From an uncultured bacterium (GTDB taxonomy: Bacteria > Oederibacteriota > JAAXVQ01 > JAUVAV01), in contig CBDUZI010000016.1 in the NCBI GenBank assembly GCA_965371665.1, forward strand, positions 1 through 38,766: a stretch of DNA of 38,766 nucleotides, given 5' to 3'. The translations under genes were made by a program, and so were the position numbers. Positions 1-9,062 of this stretch are shown piece by piece. Numbering within the stretch: position 1 is the first letter of the stretch; every line of letters begins with the position of its first letter. The notes beneath the pieces are model-generated. The model was not told the origin of the DNA. It worked only from the letters and a program-made list of their open reading frames with translations, and ran no database searches.

Positions 1-14
1 GGTGTTTTATTGAT

Positions 15-55
15 TAAATCCCCCCTGCCCCCTTTACAAAAGGGGGAGAATGACT
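15..55. repeat. G/C-homopolymer hairpin repeat (CCCCC-loop-GGGGG), copy at window start
   Basis: aaatcccccctgccccctttacaaaagggggag; C5/G5 stem with 9-nt loop; same motif family as 7583-7664, 17517-17607, 29001-29113, 38726-38766. Confidence 0.6.
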
Positions 56-124
56 TAAGTCCGACAGACTCCTAGACAGCACTTACGCTACATCAGTAAT
101 CAGTTGCCCCTATTCCATTTAAAG

Positions 125-152
125 TTGACTTGGGGCCAAGGTATGGTATGAT
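125..152 (+). promoter_or_regulatory. putative sigma70 promoter (TTGACT-16 nt-TATGAT) upstream of SPFH gene
   Basis: TTGACT at 125-130, 16-nt spacer, TATGAT at 147-152; AAGGAGG RBS at 185-191, 8 nt before the ATG at 200. Confidence 0.3.
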
Positions 153-199
153 AACCGGCCAATAGAGGTGAAATCCAAAATATTAAGGAGGATTATTTC

Positions 200-1018
200 A
201 TGGAACCGTACGAGGTAAAAAAACCGTTTAACAAGGAGTCGTTTAAAGGAATTTCCGGAATGATAATCGCAGGTGCGGTAATTCTGGTTTTGTTTGTATT
301 AAATCCCATTGTAATTATCGGCGCCGGGGAGCGCGGCGTGGTTTTCTCGCGGTTTACCGGGGTACAGGATAAAGTTATGCAGGAAGGCATGAATTTCAAA
401 ATTCCGGGCATTGAAAGTGTTATCAAATTTGATATCAAGACCCAGAAGCTGGAACGTTCCAGTGACGGCGCTTCCAAGGACTTGCAGGAAGTGAATCTAA
501 GAACCGTGGTTAATTATCATCTGGATGCCCAGAAGGTGGCTAAGCTTTACCAGGAAGTGGGCACGGATTTTGAGCGCAAGGTTATCGAACCCTCCATCCA
601 GGAAGCGGTCAAAGCCGGAACCGCTCAGTTTCCGGTGGAAAATATTATTGTGGAGCGTCCGAGATTAAAAGCCATAATTGCGGAAATTCTCCGGGAGAAA
701 CTTGCGGAATACGATATTATCCTGGAAGATGTGAACCTGACGGATATTACTTTTTCCGCGGAGTTCAACCGGGTGGTAGAGCAGAAGCAGATCGAGGAGC
801 AGAAGATCAAGACCGCTGAGTACAAGAAAAAGCAGGCGGAGCAGCATAAAGCCACGGTTATTCTGGCAGCCCAGGGCGAGGCGGAGAAGCAGCGCCTGAT
901 TCGTCTGCAGCTTACCAAGGATATTATATCTCTGGAGTGGATTAAAAAATGGGATGGGAAATTGCCGGAAACGGTTATGGGCGGCGAGGCCGTGCCTATG
1001 ATTAATTTTAAAAAATAA
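200..1018 (+). CDS. SPFH/band-7 (prohibitin/HflC-like) membrane protein
   Basis: 272 aa; N-terminal TM helix then band-7 core; C-terminal coiled-coil rich in E/K/Q (EQKQIEEQKIKTAEYKKKQAEQHKA) typical of prohibitin-like proteins; strong RBS. Confidence 0.8.
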   Translation: MEPYEVKKPFNKESFKGISGMIIAGAVILVLFVLNPIVIIGAGERGVVFSRFTGVQDKVMQEGMNFKIPGIESVIKFDIKTQKLERSSDGASKDLQEVNLRTVVNYHLDAQKVAKLYQEVGTDFERKVIEPSIQEAVKAGTAQFPVENIIVERPRLKAIIAEILREKLAEYDIILEDVNLTDITFSAEFNRVVEQKQIEEQKIKTAEYKKKQAEQHKATVILAAQGEAEKQRLIRLQLTKDIISLEWIKKWDGKLPETVMGGEAVPMINFKK

Positions 1019-1027
1019 GGCCGGGCT

Positions 1028-1411
1028 ATGAAGAGAAAGATCGCGGTAGTTGACGACCAGGCGGACATTCTAACTTTAATTGAAAAAGTACTTGGGTATG
1101 AAGATTATTCCGTTTTTTCTGCCTGTAATGGCAAGGAACTTTTTGAAATCCTGAAAGATAATAAACCTGATCTTATTCTTCTTGATATCATGCTGCCGGA
1201 ATTGGATGGGTTTAGTATTTGCCAGCAATTGAAGGCCGATCCGGCAACGCGCGATATACCGGTTATCATGTTGACGGTAAAGAGTTCACCCGAGGATATT
1301 AACCGGGGGTTAGCCGCCGGAGCCGCGGCCTTTCTTACCAAACCCTTTGATCCTGAGAAACTAAACCGGGAAATAAAAGCGGTGTTGGCGCGGAATGACC
1401 CCGCCAAATAG
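1028..1411 (+). CDS. stand-alone response regulator receiver (CheY-like)
   Basis: 127 aa; VVDDQ acidic pair, phospho-acceptor Asp in LLDIMLP, conserved T (MLTVKS) and K (LTKPF); no output domain. Confidence 0.85.
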   Translation: MKRKIAVVDDQADILTLIEKVLGYEDYSVFSACNGKELFEILKDNKPDLILLDIMLPELDGFSICQQLKADPATRDIPVIMLTVKSSPEDINRGLAAGAAAFLTKPFDPEKLNREIKAVLARNDPAK

Positions 1412-1446
1412 GTTGATGAGAGATAGGGTCGAAAAGGAGTGAGTTT

Positions 1447-1932
1447 ATGAATAAAAAGGTATTTTTTATCATTTTCGTGATGGGGTTGACCACCATGTTG
1501 ACTACCATGGCTTTTTCAGCGTCTACCCCTACTGATACTCCTACGGTTACGGCTACAGCTACAGCTACGCCTTCACCTACCCCGACAGCCACCCCGGTTT
1601 TCAGTCCCGTGGCCACATCCTCTTATACTATTACGCCCACCGAGATAATTATCAGCCGGGTTAAAATTAATCATAACCGGTTCAATCCCATGCTGGCCGA
1701 AAGGGTAGAGATACAGTATTTAACCGCCCTGCATGGAAAAGTGACCATTCGGGTTTTTAATCCCTCCGGGACCTTGGTAAGAGAAATACTGGAAGATCAG
1801 GAACCAGGAGCAGAGATTCCGGCCTGGGACGGCCGTAACCCTCAAGGTGAGGTCGTGGCTTCCGGAGTTTACTTTATTATTGTTAGCGGACATAAACTGC
1901 ATAAACGCTTTCGCGTGGCTGTGATTAAATGA
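1447..1932 (+). CDS. small secreted protein: signal peptide, Thr/Pro-rich linker, T9SS C-terminal sorting domain (Por_Secre_tail / FlgD-Ig-like)
   Basis: 161 aa; N-terminal signal peptide; low-complexity TPTDTPTVTATATATPSPTPTATP linker; C-terminal ~85 aa fits the Por_Secre_tail pattern (NRFNP...VEIQY...VTIRVFNPSGTLVREI...WDGRNPQGEVVASGVYF...K). Confidence 0.6.
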   Translation: MNKKVFFIIFVMGLTTMLTTMAFSASTPTDTPTVTATATATPSPTPTATPVFSPVATSSYTITPTEIIISRVKINHNRFNPMLAERVEIQYLTALHGKVTIRVFNPSGTLVREILEDQEPGAEIPAWDGRNPQGEVVASGVYFIIVSGHKLHKRFRVAVIK

Positions 1933-2465
1933 GATTTAAACCTGCCCGGATACCGGAAGTCAAATTAATTGAACCTGATTTGAATAAGGATTCCCGCGGG
2001 TTTTTTTTGGAGAGTTATAACCAAAAGATTTTCGCCGAGAACGGCATAGCTGTGGACTTTGTGCAGGATAATCACAGCTGTTCCGCGCGAGGGACGCTGC
2101 GCGGTCTCCATTACCAAGTTGAACCCCGGGCTCAAGGGAAACTTGTCCGGGTAATTAAGGGAGCGATTTTCGACGTGGCTGTGGATATTCGGCGGGCTTC
2201 AGCGACTTTTGGGCACTGGGTGGGCGAGAGATTGGATGCCGAGCTTAAGCGGATGATGTATATACCGCCCGGCTTTGCCCATGGTTTTTGTGCGCTGGAA
2301 GATGATACCGAGGTTCTATACAAAGTAACGAATTTTTACTCACTCGAACACCAAAAGGGGATTATTTGGAATGATCCGGATATGGGAATAAAATGGCCGG
2401 ATTTGGGCTGTGAATTTGTCTTGTCCGCCAAGGACCGGGAGAATCCCCGGTTGAAGAGGTTGTGA
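1929..2465 (+). CDS. rfbC: dTDP-4-dehydrorhamnose 3,5-epimerase
   Basis: 178 aa; RmlC cupin fold signatures (DSRGFF..E, GTLRGLHYQ, KLVRV..G.IFDVAVDIR, YIPPGFAHGF); start overlaps the upstream stop by 4 nt. Confidence 0.85.
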   Translation: MRFKPARIPEVKLIEPDLNKDSRGFFLESYNQKIFAENGIAVDFVQDNHSCSARGTLRGLHYQVEPRAQGKLVRVIKGAIFDVAVDIRRASATFGHWVGERLDAELKRMMYIPPGFAHGFCALEDDTEVLYKVTNFYSLEHQKGIIWNDPDMGIKWPDLGCEFVLSAKDRENPRLKRL

Positions 2466-2480
2466 AGTAAATCTGTTTTT

Positions 2481-2660
2481 GAGCAATTTCACTAAGTTTG
2501 TCATTTCGAGGCGCAGCCCTGGACTAAATCATCCAGGACGGGCCGAGAAATCTCTAAACGGCCTATTAAATTAAGCGTTTTCGTGGAGATTCCTCACTAC
2601 GTTCGGAATGACAAAGTAAGATGAATGCTTCTGAAAACTGGTTATGACACAGTCTCAAAA
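2481..2660. repeat. modular palindromic interspersed element, copy 1 (GTCATTYCGA...TCGGAATGAC termini)
   Basis: Reverse complement is near-identical to 24403-24560; terminal inverted repeats gtcatttcgagg / cgttcggaatgac; carries an extra internal cctggac..gtccagg hairpin module absent from the other copy. Confidence 0.8.
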
Positions 2661-2690
2661 GACGTTTTTTTTAAAGGGAGGATTTTTACT

Positions 2691-2999
2691 ATGCCAATTT
2701 ATGAATATGAATGCGGGGCTTGCGGAGAAATCTTTGAGCGTATGCAGGGTATGTCGGATCCATCGCCTGAGAAGTGCGAGAAATGCGGCGAGGGGCCGAT
2801 ACAGCGCCTGATATCGCGCAGCGGGTTCATTTTAAAAGGTGGAGGGTTTTATTCCAATGAACATCCCTCAGCCAGCCGACGGCAGGGCCGGGAAGGAGAG
2901 AAGACCTGCGCTCCGAGTTCGTGCGCGGCTTCCCAAGCTTCGGCCGGTTCCCCCAACGGGTGTACGGGTTGCTGTCAAACCGGGGATAAAAAAAAGTAG
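2691..2999 (+). CDS. FmdB-family zinc-ribbon protein with Cys/Gly-rich tail
   Basis: MPIYEYECGACGEIFERMQGMSDPSPEKCEKCGEG: the YEYxC-CxxC...CxxC putative-regulatory zinc ribbon; AAGGGAGG RBS 8 nt upstream of the ATG at 2691; the longer six-frame ORF from 2625 is probably N-terminal read-through. Confidence 0.7.
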   Translation: MPIYEYECGACGEIFERMQGMSDPSPEKCEKCGEGPIQRLISRSGFILKGGGFYSNEHPSASRRQGREGEKTCAPSSCAASQASAGSPNGCTGCCQTGDKKK

Positions 3000-3065
3000 T
3001 CAGGCGAATTCTATCGCCCTTACAACTTTCGACATAAAGGTATTTTATCGTAGGGGCAGGCCCCC

Positions 3066-3560
3066 TTATGGTTCCTCCGCCAGGGCGCGGCTGATCAAGT
3101 CCGGAACCTGCTGGGGAGTTACCCGGCTGTGAACTTTATCATTAATGGTTACTACCGGCGCCAGGCCGCAGACTCCCAGGCAGCGCGTGTTTTCCAGGGA
3201 GAAAAGACCGTCTTTGGTGGTTTCCCCTATATCAATTCCGAGTTCCTTGCGAAAAGCTTCCAGGATTTTATCCGCGCCTTTGACAAAACAGGCCGTGCCC
3301 AGGCAGATAGAGATGGCATAGCGCCCCCGGGGCTCCAGCCGGAAAAAGTGGTAAAAAGTGGATACTCCGCTGACCACGGAAGCCGGCACCTGCAAACGCT
3401 GGGCGACCTCGTACATGTGTTCCTGCGTAAGATAGCCGTGGCGTCCCTGCAGTTTGTGCAGAATAGATATTAAGTAGCTCTCCGGATGATCCCGGGTCAG
3501 GCATTCCTCAATAAACTCAATAATCTCAGGATAGAGGTTGGTCTGAGTCGAATTTGTCAT
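3066..3560 (-). CDS. hydC: [FeFe]-hydrogenase NuoE-like subunit (HydC/HndA type, thioredoxin-like [2Fe-2S])
   Basis: 164 aa; NuoE/HoxE pattern with four Cys (C..G.AC....C..APV); 4-nt overlap with the upstream hydrogenase gene. Confidence 0.85.
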   Translation of the reverse strand: MTNSTQTNLYPEIIEFIEECLTRDHPESYLISILHKLQGRHGYLTQEHMYEVAQRLQVPASVVSGVSTFYHFFRLEPRGRYAISICLGTACFVKGADKILEAFRKELGIDIGETTKDGLFSLENTRCLGVCGLAPVVTINDKVHSRVTPQQVPDLISRALAEEP

Positions 3561-5311
3561 TTAATCCCCTTTGGATAACGAGGGAAGTAGCGGGTATGCA
3601 GAAGCCGATGCGCCAGTTCGCTTCCCGGATGTTTAAGATATTCATCATATAATTTAATTATGTAAGGGTTCTCATGCGATTGGCGTAATTCTTTGCCTTC
3701 GTCAATCGCATACAGCGCAGAAGCGCGAAGCTTCAGGATTTCCGGATCCAGGATGTAATGCCCGTCAGGCGGGTAAGGCTGTCCGCCGCCGCCGATACAG
3801 CCGCCGGGACAAGCCATAAGCTCAATCATGTGAAAGGTCTTTTCGCCGGATTTGACTTTTTCCAGGATGATTTTTGCGTTATTAAGCCCATTGGCTACGG
3901 CCACATTGAGTACTTTGCCATTTACTTCAAAAGAGGCTTCCCTGAGGCCTTCGGTAGCCCTGACCTGTGTGAAATTAAACTCTGTGAGCGGCCGGCCGGT
4001 CAATTTTACGACTGCTGTGCGCAAAGCGGCTTCCATGACTCCGCCCGTGGTACCAAAAATATCGCCCGCGCCCGAGGAGACACCCATGGGATGGTCGAAA
4101 TCCCCGGCCGAGAGCCGGGTGAAGTCCAGGCCGTAGGCTTTGATCATCCAGATCAATTCACGGGTGGTTAATACTGCGTCCGTGTAGGGCAGATGATTTT
4201 CCATGTAATGTTCAGGACGCCTCGCCTCGAATTTTTTTGCGGTGCAGGGCATGACGCCAACTACATAAATGTTTTCCGGAGCCAGGGATTTTTTTTCTGC
4301 ATAGTAGGTTTTGGTCAGCACCGAGAGCATCATCATGGGAGAGCGGCAGGAGGAAGCATGAGGAATTAATTCCGGATAGAAATGTTCCATGAATTTGATC
4401 CAGCCCGGGGAACAGGAAGTGAGCAGCGGCAAACGCTCGTTTTTCTCCAAACGCCGCATGAATTCGTGGGCCTCTTCCACAATCGTCAAGTCCGCCCCGA
4501 AGTTGGTATCAAAGACCGTGTCAAATCCCAGGCGCCGCAGCGCGGTAACGGTCTGCCCGGTGGCCGGAGTGCCGGGCGGGAGGCCGAAGCCTTCGCCAAT
4601 GGCCGCGCGTATCGAGGGGGCGATCTGGACTACTACATGCTTGGCAGGATCAGCCAGGGCGGCCCAGACTTCATCCGTGGAGTTCTTCTCGAGAAAAGCG
4701 GCTGTGGGGCAGACATTGATACACTGTCCGCAATCAATACATACTGATTCCATCAATGGTGCTTCAAAAGCCGGAGTGACCACGGTATTAAACCCGCGGT
4801 GCATCTGGGTCAGGTTGTGAACACCCTGGATTTCGGAGCAAACCCGCACGCAGCGCCGGCAGAGAATACATTTTTCCGAGTCCCGGACCACGGATAAGCT
4901 GGAATCCTCAATGGGAAATCGCTTACGCCGGCCCTCGAAGAGACGCTCCCGTACGCCCAGGGAATAAGCCAGATCCTGCAACTCGCATTGGCCGTCACGT
5001 TCACAGGTCTGGCATTCTTTGGGATGATTGTCCAGAATCAGCTCTACCAGGTCCCGCCGGGCCTGGCGGATATCCGGTGAATTGGTGCGTACTTGCATGC
5101 CTTCCCGGACATGGGTCGAACAGGAGGCCTGGTAATTACGAGCGCCGTCCACCTCAACAACGCAGATCCGGCAGGCGCCTTCCAAAGAGAGATGCGGATG
5201 ATAACAGAGGCGTGGGATATGGATGCCCAGGGTTTCAGCGGCCTGCATTATGGTTGTTTGCTCGGGTACTTTGACCGGGATTTCATCTATGATTAAATTG
5301 ATGGTTTTCAT
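3557..5311 (-). CDS. hydA: [FeFe]-hydrogenase catalytic subunit (H-cluster)
   Basis: 584 aa; N-terminal 2Fe-2S ferredoxin-like domain, two 4Fe-4S CxxCxxCxxxCP motifs, H-cluster signatures TSCSPGW, MPCTAKK, ELMACPGGCIGGGGQP. Confidence 0.9.
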   Translation of the reverse strand: MKTINLIIDEIPVKVPEQTTIMQAAETLGIHIPRLCYHPHLSLEGACRICVVEVDGARNYQASCSTHVREGMQVRTNSPDIRQARRDLVELILDNHPKECQTCERDGQCELQDLAYSLGVRERLFEGRRKRFPIEDSSLSVVRDSEKCILCRRCVRVCSEIQGVHNLTQMHRGFNTVVTPAFEAPLMESVCIDCGQCINVCPTAAFLEKNSTDEVWAALADPAKHVVVQIAPSIRAAIGEGFGLPPGTPATGQTVTALRRLGFDTVFDTNFGADLTIVEEAHEFMRRLEKNERLPLLTSCSPGWIKFMEHFYPELIPHASSCRSPMMMLSVLTKTYYAEKKSLAPENIYVVGVMPCTAKKFEARRPEHYMENHLPYTDAVLTTRELIWMIKAYGLDFTRLSAGDFDHPMGVSSGAGDIFGTTGGVMEAALRTAVVKLTGRPLTEFNFTQVRATEGLREASFEVNGKVLNVAVANGLNNAKIILEKVKSGEKTFHMIELMACPGGCIGGGGQPYPPDGHYILDPEILKLRASALYAIDEGKELRQSHENPYIIKLYDEYLKHPGSELAHRLLHTRYFPRYPKGIK

Positions 5312-7488
5312 TTTTTATGTACGGCCTCGAATTTGCATGCCAGGTAGCATTCGCCGCATTTAATGCATCGCTCCTGGTCGATTATATGCGGCTGCCGCGG
5401 AGCTCCACTGATGCAGGAAACCGGGCAGCGCCGGGCGCAGAGCGTACAGCCCGTACATTTTTGCGGATCAATTTCATAACGGATCAACTGGGAGCATTTA
5501 TGGGCAGGACAGCGTTTCTCCTGAATGTGAATAATGAATTCCTCCCGGAAATTTTTCAGGGCGCTGAGCACCGGATTGGGCGCGGTCTGGCCCAGGCCGC
5601 AGAGCGAGGTTTTTTGAATCAGGCGGCCCAGGCGTTCCAGTTTATCGAGATCCTCCATTTGGCCCCGGCCCTCTGTGATCCGTTCCAGGATTTCCAACAT
5701 GCGCAGCGTGCCTTCCCGGCAGGGGACGCATTTGCCGCAGGATTCATCCTGCGTGAATTCCAGAAAGAACCTGGCAGTGGCCACCATGCAGTCCTGGTCG
5801 TCCAGCACAATCATTCCGCCCGAACCCATAATGGATCCGGCCTGAGCCAGAGACTCATAATCCACGGGCGTATCGATTAATTCGGCCGGAATGCATCCGC
5901 CGGACGGACCGCCGGTCTGAACCGCTTTTAAAGTCCGGCCTTCCGGAACGCCGCCTCCGATATCAAAAATAATCTCCTTAAGAGTGGTTCCCATGGGGAC
6001 CTCGACCAAACCGGAATTCCTGACTTTTCCGGCCAGGGCGAATACCTTGGTGCCCTTGCTTTTTTCAGTGCCCAGGCGCGAAAACCATTCCGCGCCGTGC
6101 CGAATAATAACCGACACATTAGACCAGGTTTCCACGTTGTTGATAACCGTGGGATGTCCCCAAAGGCCGGACTGGGTGGGATAGGGCGGCCGGATCCTAG
6201 GCTGTCCTCTTTTGCCTTCTATGGATAACATCAGCGCGGTTTCTTCGCCGCAAACAAAGGCGCCCGCGCCCAGCCGGACATCCAAATCCAAGTCGAATCC
6301 GGAATCCAATATGTTTTTCCCCAATAACCCGGCGGCCCGGCATTTTGCAATGGCGTTTTCCACGCGCTTGATGGCCAGGGGGTATTCAGCCCGGATATAG
6401 AGGAAGCCCTGGCGGGCTCCCACGGCAAAAGCTCCGATAATCATGCCGTCAATGATGCTGAAGGGGTCTCCTTCCAGAGTGCTCCGGTCCATGTAAGCGC
6501 CAGGGTCGCCTTCATCGGCATTGCAGATAACATAGCGTATCGGATCCGTGCCGGTAACGGCGTCCTGCCATTTTTTGCCCGTAGGATAACCGCCTCCGCC
6601 CCGGCCGCGCAGACCCGAACGATTAATGGCCTCGATTACGCGGGAGGGGTCATTATGCTCCAGGGTTTGAGCCAGGGCCTCGAAGCCGTCATTGGCAATA
6701 TAATCACCGAGATTTTCAGGATCAATAATTCCGCTGTTACGCAGGGTCAGGCGGGTCTGTTTATTGAAAAAAGCCACATCCCCGTAAAGCGAGATAAAGC
6801 GCTCTATCAAGGGATCCATGCGGGCTAAATTCGGCGCATGAATCTTATCCTCAATAAAATGGGATTGGATAATGGCATCCAGTTCGGCCTCAGTACTAAA
6901 AATATATACGGTCCTTTTGGGGAAAACAATCATGCCCATGCTGGCGGAATTCTCTTCCTGGGAATAGAGCCCCAGGCTGCAGCCCGTAAAAATACGGACC
7001 GTGCCTTCGGTGATTCCCTTGGCTTTAAGACGCTGCTCTAAGATATCGGCCCAATGGTCCTGCTCAACGTACCGGGGCGCGGCCATTGAGCACAGCGTTA
7101 CTACCCGGGAGTAGAGCTTACTGGTTTTTTTATCCAGCAGAAAAGATAATACCGGATTTCCGGCCAGGACATGCTGCTGAAAAATTTCCTGAACTTTGGG
7201 CAGGGTAACTTGTTCATATTTAAAAGGGAATTGTCCGGGAAAGTAAACGCCGACGATCGGCTCCCGGGAGCACCGGCCTGTGCATCCGGTCTGCTTGATG
7301 ACAATATCATCCCGGCCCGAAGCAGCCAGGAGTTTGCGGAATTCAGCCCGGACCTGGTCCGCGCCGGCGGCGTTTTCACAGGTGGCGGAACCGACCTGGA
7401 TAATGATTTTTCCGCTGTCATAGTGGGGCAGGTGTTCTTTCAGGATTTCCCGTTTTATGTTTCGGAATTTTTCAAGGACTTTGGGCAT
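5308..7488 (-). CDS. hydB: NuoF-like flavoprotein subunit of hydrogenase (HydB/HndC type): N-terminal thioredoxin-like 2Fe-2S, FMN/NAD site, C-terminal 2x[4Fe-4S]
   Basis: 726 aa; GRGGGGYPTGKKW FMN motif, NuoF SLCGLGQTAPNP-type cluster, C-terminal CxxCxxCxxxCP x2; 4-nt overlap with hydA. Confidence 0.9.
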   Translation of the reverse strand: MPKVLEKFRNIKREILKEHLPHYDSGKIIIQVGSATCENAAGADQVRAEFRKLLAASGRDDIVIKQTGCTGRCSREPIVGVYFPGQFPFKYEQVTLPKVQEIFQQHVLAGNPVLSFLLDKKTSKLYSRVVTLCSMAAPRYVEQDHWADILEQRLKAKGITEGTVRIFTGCSLGLYSQEENSASMGMIVFPKRTVYIFSTEAELDAIIQSHFIEDKIHAPNLARMDPLIERFISLYGDVAFFNKQTRLTLRNSGIIDPENLGDYIANDGFEALAQTLEHNDPSRVIEAINRSGLRGRGGGGYPTGKKWQDAVTGTDPIRYVICNADEGDPGAYMDRSTLEGDPFSIIDGMIIGAFAVGARQGFLYIRAEYPLAIKRVENAIAKCRAAGLLGKNILDSGFDLDLDVRLGAGAFVCGEETALMLSIEGKRGQPRIRPPYPTQSGLWGHPTVINNVETWSNVSVIIRHGAEWFSRLGTEKSKGTKVFALAGKVRNSGLVEVPMGTTLKEIIFDIGGGVPEGRTLKAVQTGGPSGGCIPAELIDTPVDYESLAQAGSIMGSGGMIVLDDQDCMVATARFFLEFTQDESCGKCVPCREGTLRMLEILERITEGRGQMEDLDKLERLGRLIQKTSLCGLGQTAPNPVLSALKNFREEFIIHIQEKRCPAHKCSQLIRYEIDPQKCTGCTLCARRCPVSCISGAPRQPHIIDQERCIKCGECYLACKFEAVHKK

Positions 7489-7582
7489 GTTTATTTACTC
7501 GACTTTTGCAAATTTAACTTTTTGTATTTTTTCAAAATAGTATCAGATACTTTTTGACAAACTGTTATAATCAAACCTCTGT

Positions 7583-7664
7583 AAAATCCCCCTAAAGTCC
7601 CCCTTTTTCAAAGGGGGACTTTCAGACCCCCCCTTTTCAAAAAGGGGGGCAAGGGGGGATTTTA
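7583..7664. repeat. G/C-hairpin repeat cluster (outer stem enclosing two C5-7/G5-7 hairpins)
   Basis: aaaatccccc..agtccccctttttcaaagggggact..cccccccttttcaaaaagggggg..ggggggatttt; 35-nt core nearly identical to 29001-29040. Confidence 0.75.
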
Positions 7665-7687
7665 TAAATTTGCAAAAGTTAAGTTAT

Positions 7688-8617
7688 TTATATCTTCCCC
7701 GCGCTGCCAAGCACGTTTACAATTTTATGCTTAACAATTTCCTGGATGGCATTGCGCGCCGGGCCTAAATACTTACGGGGGTCGAATTCCGATGGTTTTT
7801 CAGAAAAAACCTTGCGAATAGTGGCGGTCATGGCCAGACGGAGGTCAGTGTCAATATTGATTTTGCAAACCGCGCCCTGGGAAGCTTTGCGCAGCATGTC
7901 CTCGGGTACGCCCTTGGCGCCGGGAAGATTCCCGCCGTACTGGTTGCATTGCGCGACGAGGTTTTCCGGGACCGAAGATGAACCGTGCAGCACAATCGGG
8001 AAACCGGGCAGCAGCTGGGCGCATTTCTCCAACCGCGCGATGTCCAGCCTGGCTTCGCCCTTGAATTTATAAGCGCCGTGCGAAGTTCCAATGGCAATGG
8101 CCAGCGAATCCACGCCCGTGGCGTCCACAAACTCTTTAACCTGGTCCGGATTGGTCAGATTCGCGTCCTCGGCTTTGACATTGACCGCGTCCTCAATACC
8201 GGCCAGCGTGCCCAGCTCGGCTTCCACCGAGATACCGCGTTCATGGGCGTAGGCTACCACCCGCTTGGTTTCCCGGATGTTTTCCTCGAAGGGCCGGGAG
8301 GAGGCATCGATCATTACTGAAGTGAAACCGCCGTCAATGCAGGATTTGCAAATCTCGAAATCTTCGCCGTGGTCGAGATGAAGCACGATGGGGATATCCA
8401 CGGTCTGGATGGCAGCTTCCACCAGTTTCATGAGATATTCATGACGGGCATACTTCCGGGCTCCGGCCGAGACCTGCAATATCAGGGGCGAACGCACTTC
8501 CTGGGCGGCGTCTACGATACCCTGGAGTATCTCCATGTTGTTGACATTAAATCCTCCGATGGCATATCCCTCGGCATAAGCTTTTTTAAACAAATCCTGA
8601 CTTCCTACTAACGGCAT
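7688..8617 (-). CDS. fba: class II fructose-bisphosphate aldolase
   Basis: 309 aa; FbaA/tagatose-bisphosphate aldolase family signatures (GGFNVNNME, LHLDHG, metal-binding His residues). Confidence 0.9.
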   Translation of the reverse strand: MPLVGSQDLFKKAYAEGYAIGGFNVNNMEILQGIVDAAQEVRSPLILQVSAGARKYARHEYLMKLVEAAIQTVDIPIVLHLDHGEDFEICKSCIDGGFTSVMIDASSRPFEENIRETKRVVAYAHERGISVEAELGTLAGIEDAVNVKAEDANLTNPDQVKEFVDATGVDSLAIAIGTSHGAYKFKGEARLDIARLEKCAQLLPGFPIVLHGSSSVPENLVAQCNQYGGNLPGAKGVPEDMLRKASQGAVCKINIDTDLRLAMTATIRKVFSEKPSEFDPRKYLGPARNAIQEIVKHKIVNVLGSAGKI

Positions 8618-8764
8618 CTTGAAAATTCTCCTCTTCTTTTGGAATTTGCACCCTAACCCGGCTGCAACAATTGGACGACATTATATTCAAACCCGCCGGG
8701 AAAGCAATGAAAATTTTTATTTAAATAGTTTTTTTTACGGAAAGGTTGTTTTTTGGGAAAGGTT

Positions 8765-8880
8765 GTCATACCCGAATGATTGTTATATTTCGGTAGGGGC
8801 GGGTTTTAAACCCGCCCCTACAATTAAGTCTTTGAAAATCAAAGCCGCTGGATTCCCGCTAAAGGCATGCGGGAATGACA
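8765..8880. repeat. modular palindromic interspersed element (GTCATACCCGAATG .. CTTTGAAAATCAAAG .. GCGGGAATGACA)
   Basis: Stacked hairpins including perfect palindrome aggggcgggttttaaacccgcccct; the 50-nt block tttgaaaatcaaagccgctggattcccgctaaaggcatgcgggaatgaca is identical at 33063-33112. Confidence 0.8.
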
Positions 8881-9062
8881 TAATTCCAGTAATTAAGAAA
8901 AAAAGCTTTCCGCAGCAGAAACTAATTAAACCTGGCGAAGGATAAAGGTTGCTTCCTGAGCGGCAGATGGCCTATAATCATAAACTTGAATTTTCGGGAG
9001 ACAGCCGGATGATTTTTGTAATCATCTAATACTTATTTAGCTTTTAATCAGGAGGCCAAAAC

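Noticed and set aside
2839-3132. 97-aa + strand ORF overlapping the Cys/Gly-rich tail of the FmdB-like gene and the convergent terminator region
   Set aside because: It is an alternative frame of the GC-rich FmdB tail, has no RBS, and runs into the hydC 3' end on the opposite strand.
5317-5880. 187-aa ORF antisense to hydB, and similar antisense ORFs at 15714-16355 (213 aa, within gpsA), 25672-26478 (268 aa, within ilvD) and 3758-4171 (within hydA)
   Set aside because: They lie entirely inside well-supported genes on the opposite strand, have no RBS or start context and low-complexity Arg/Ala/Pro-rich translations typical of GC-rich antisense frames.
8619-8945. 108-aa + strand ORF in the fba to outer-membrane-gene spacer
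   Set aside because: It spans the palindromic repeat element (8765-8880). Its translation is repeat-derived and there is no RBS, so it is most likely spurious.
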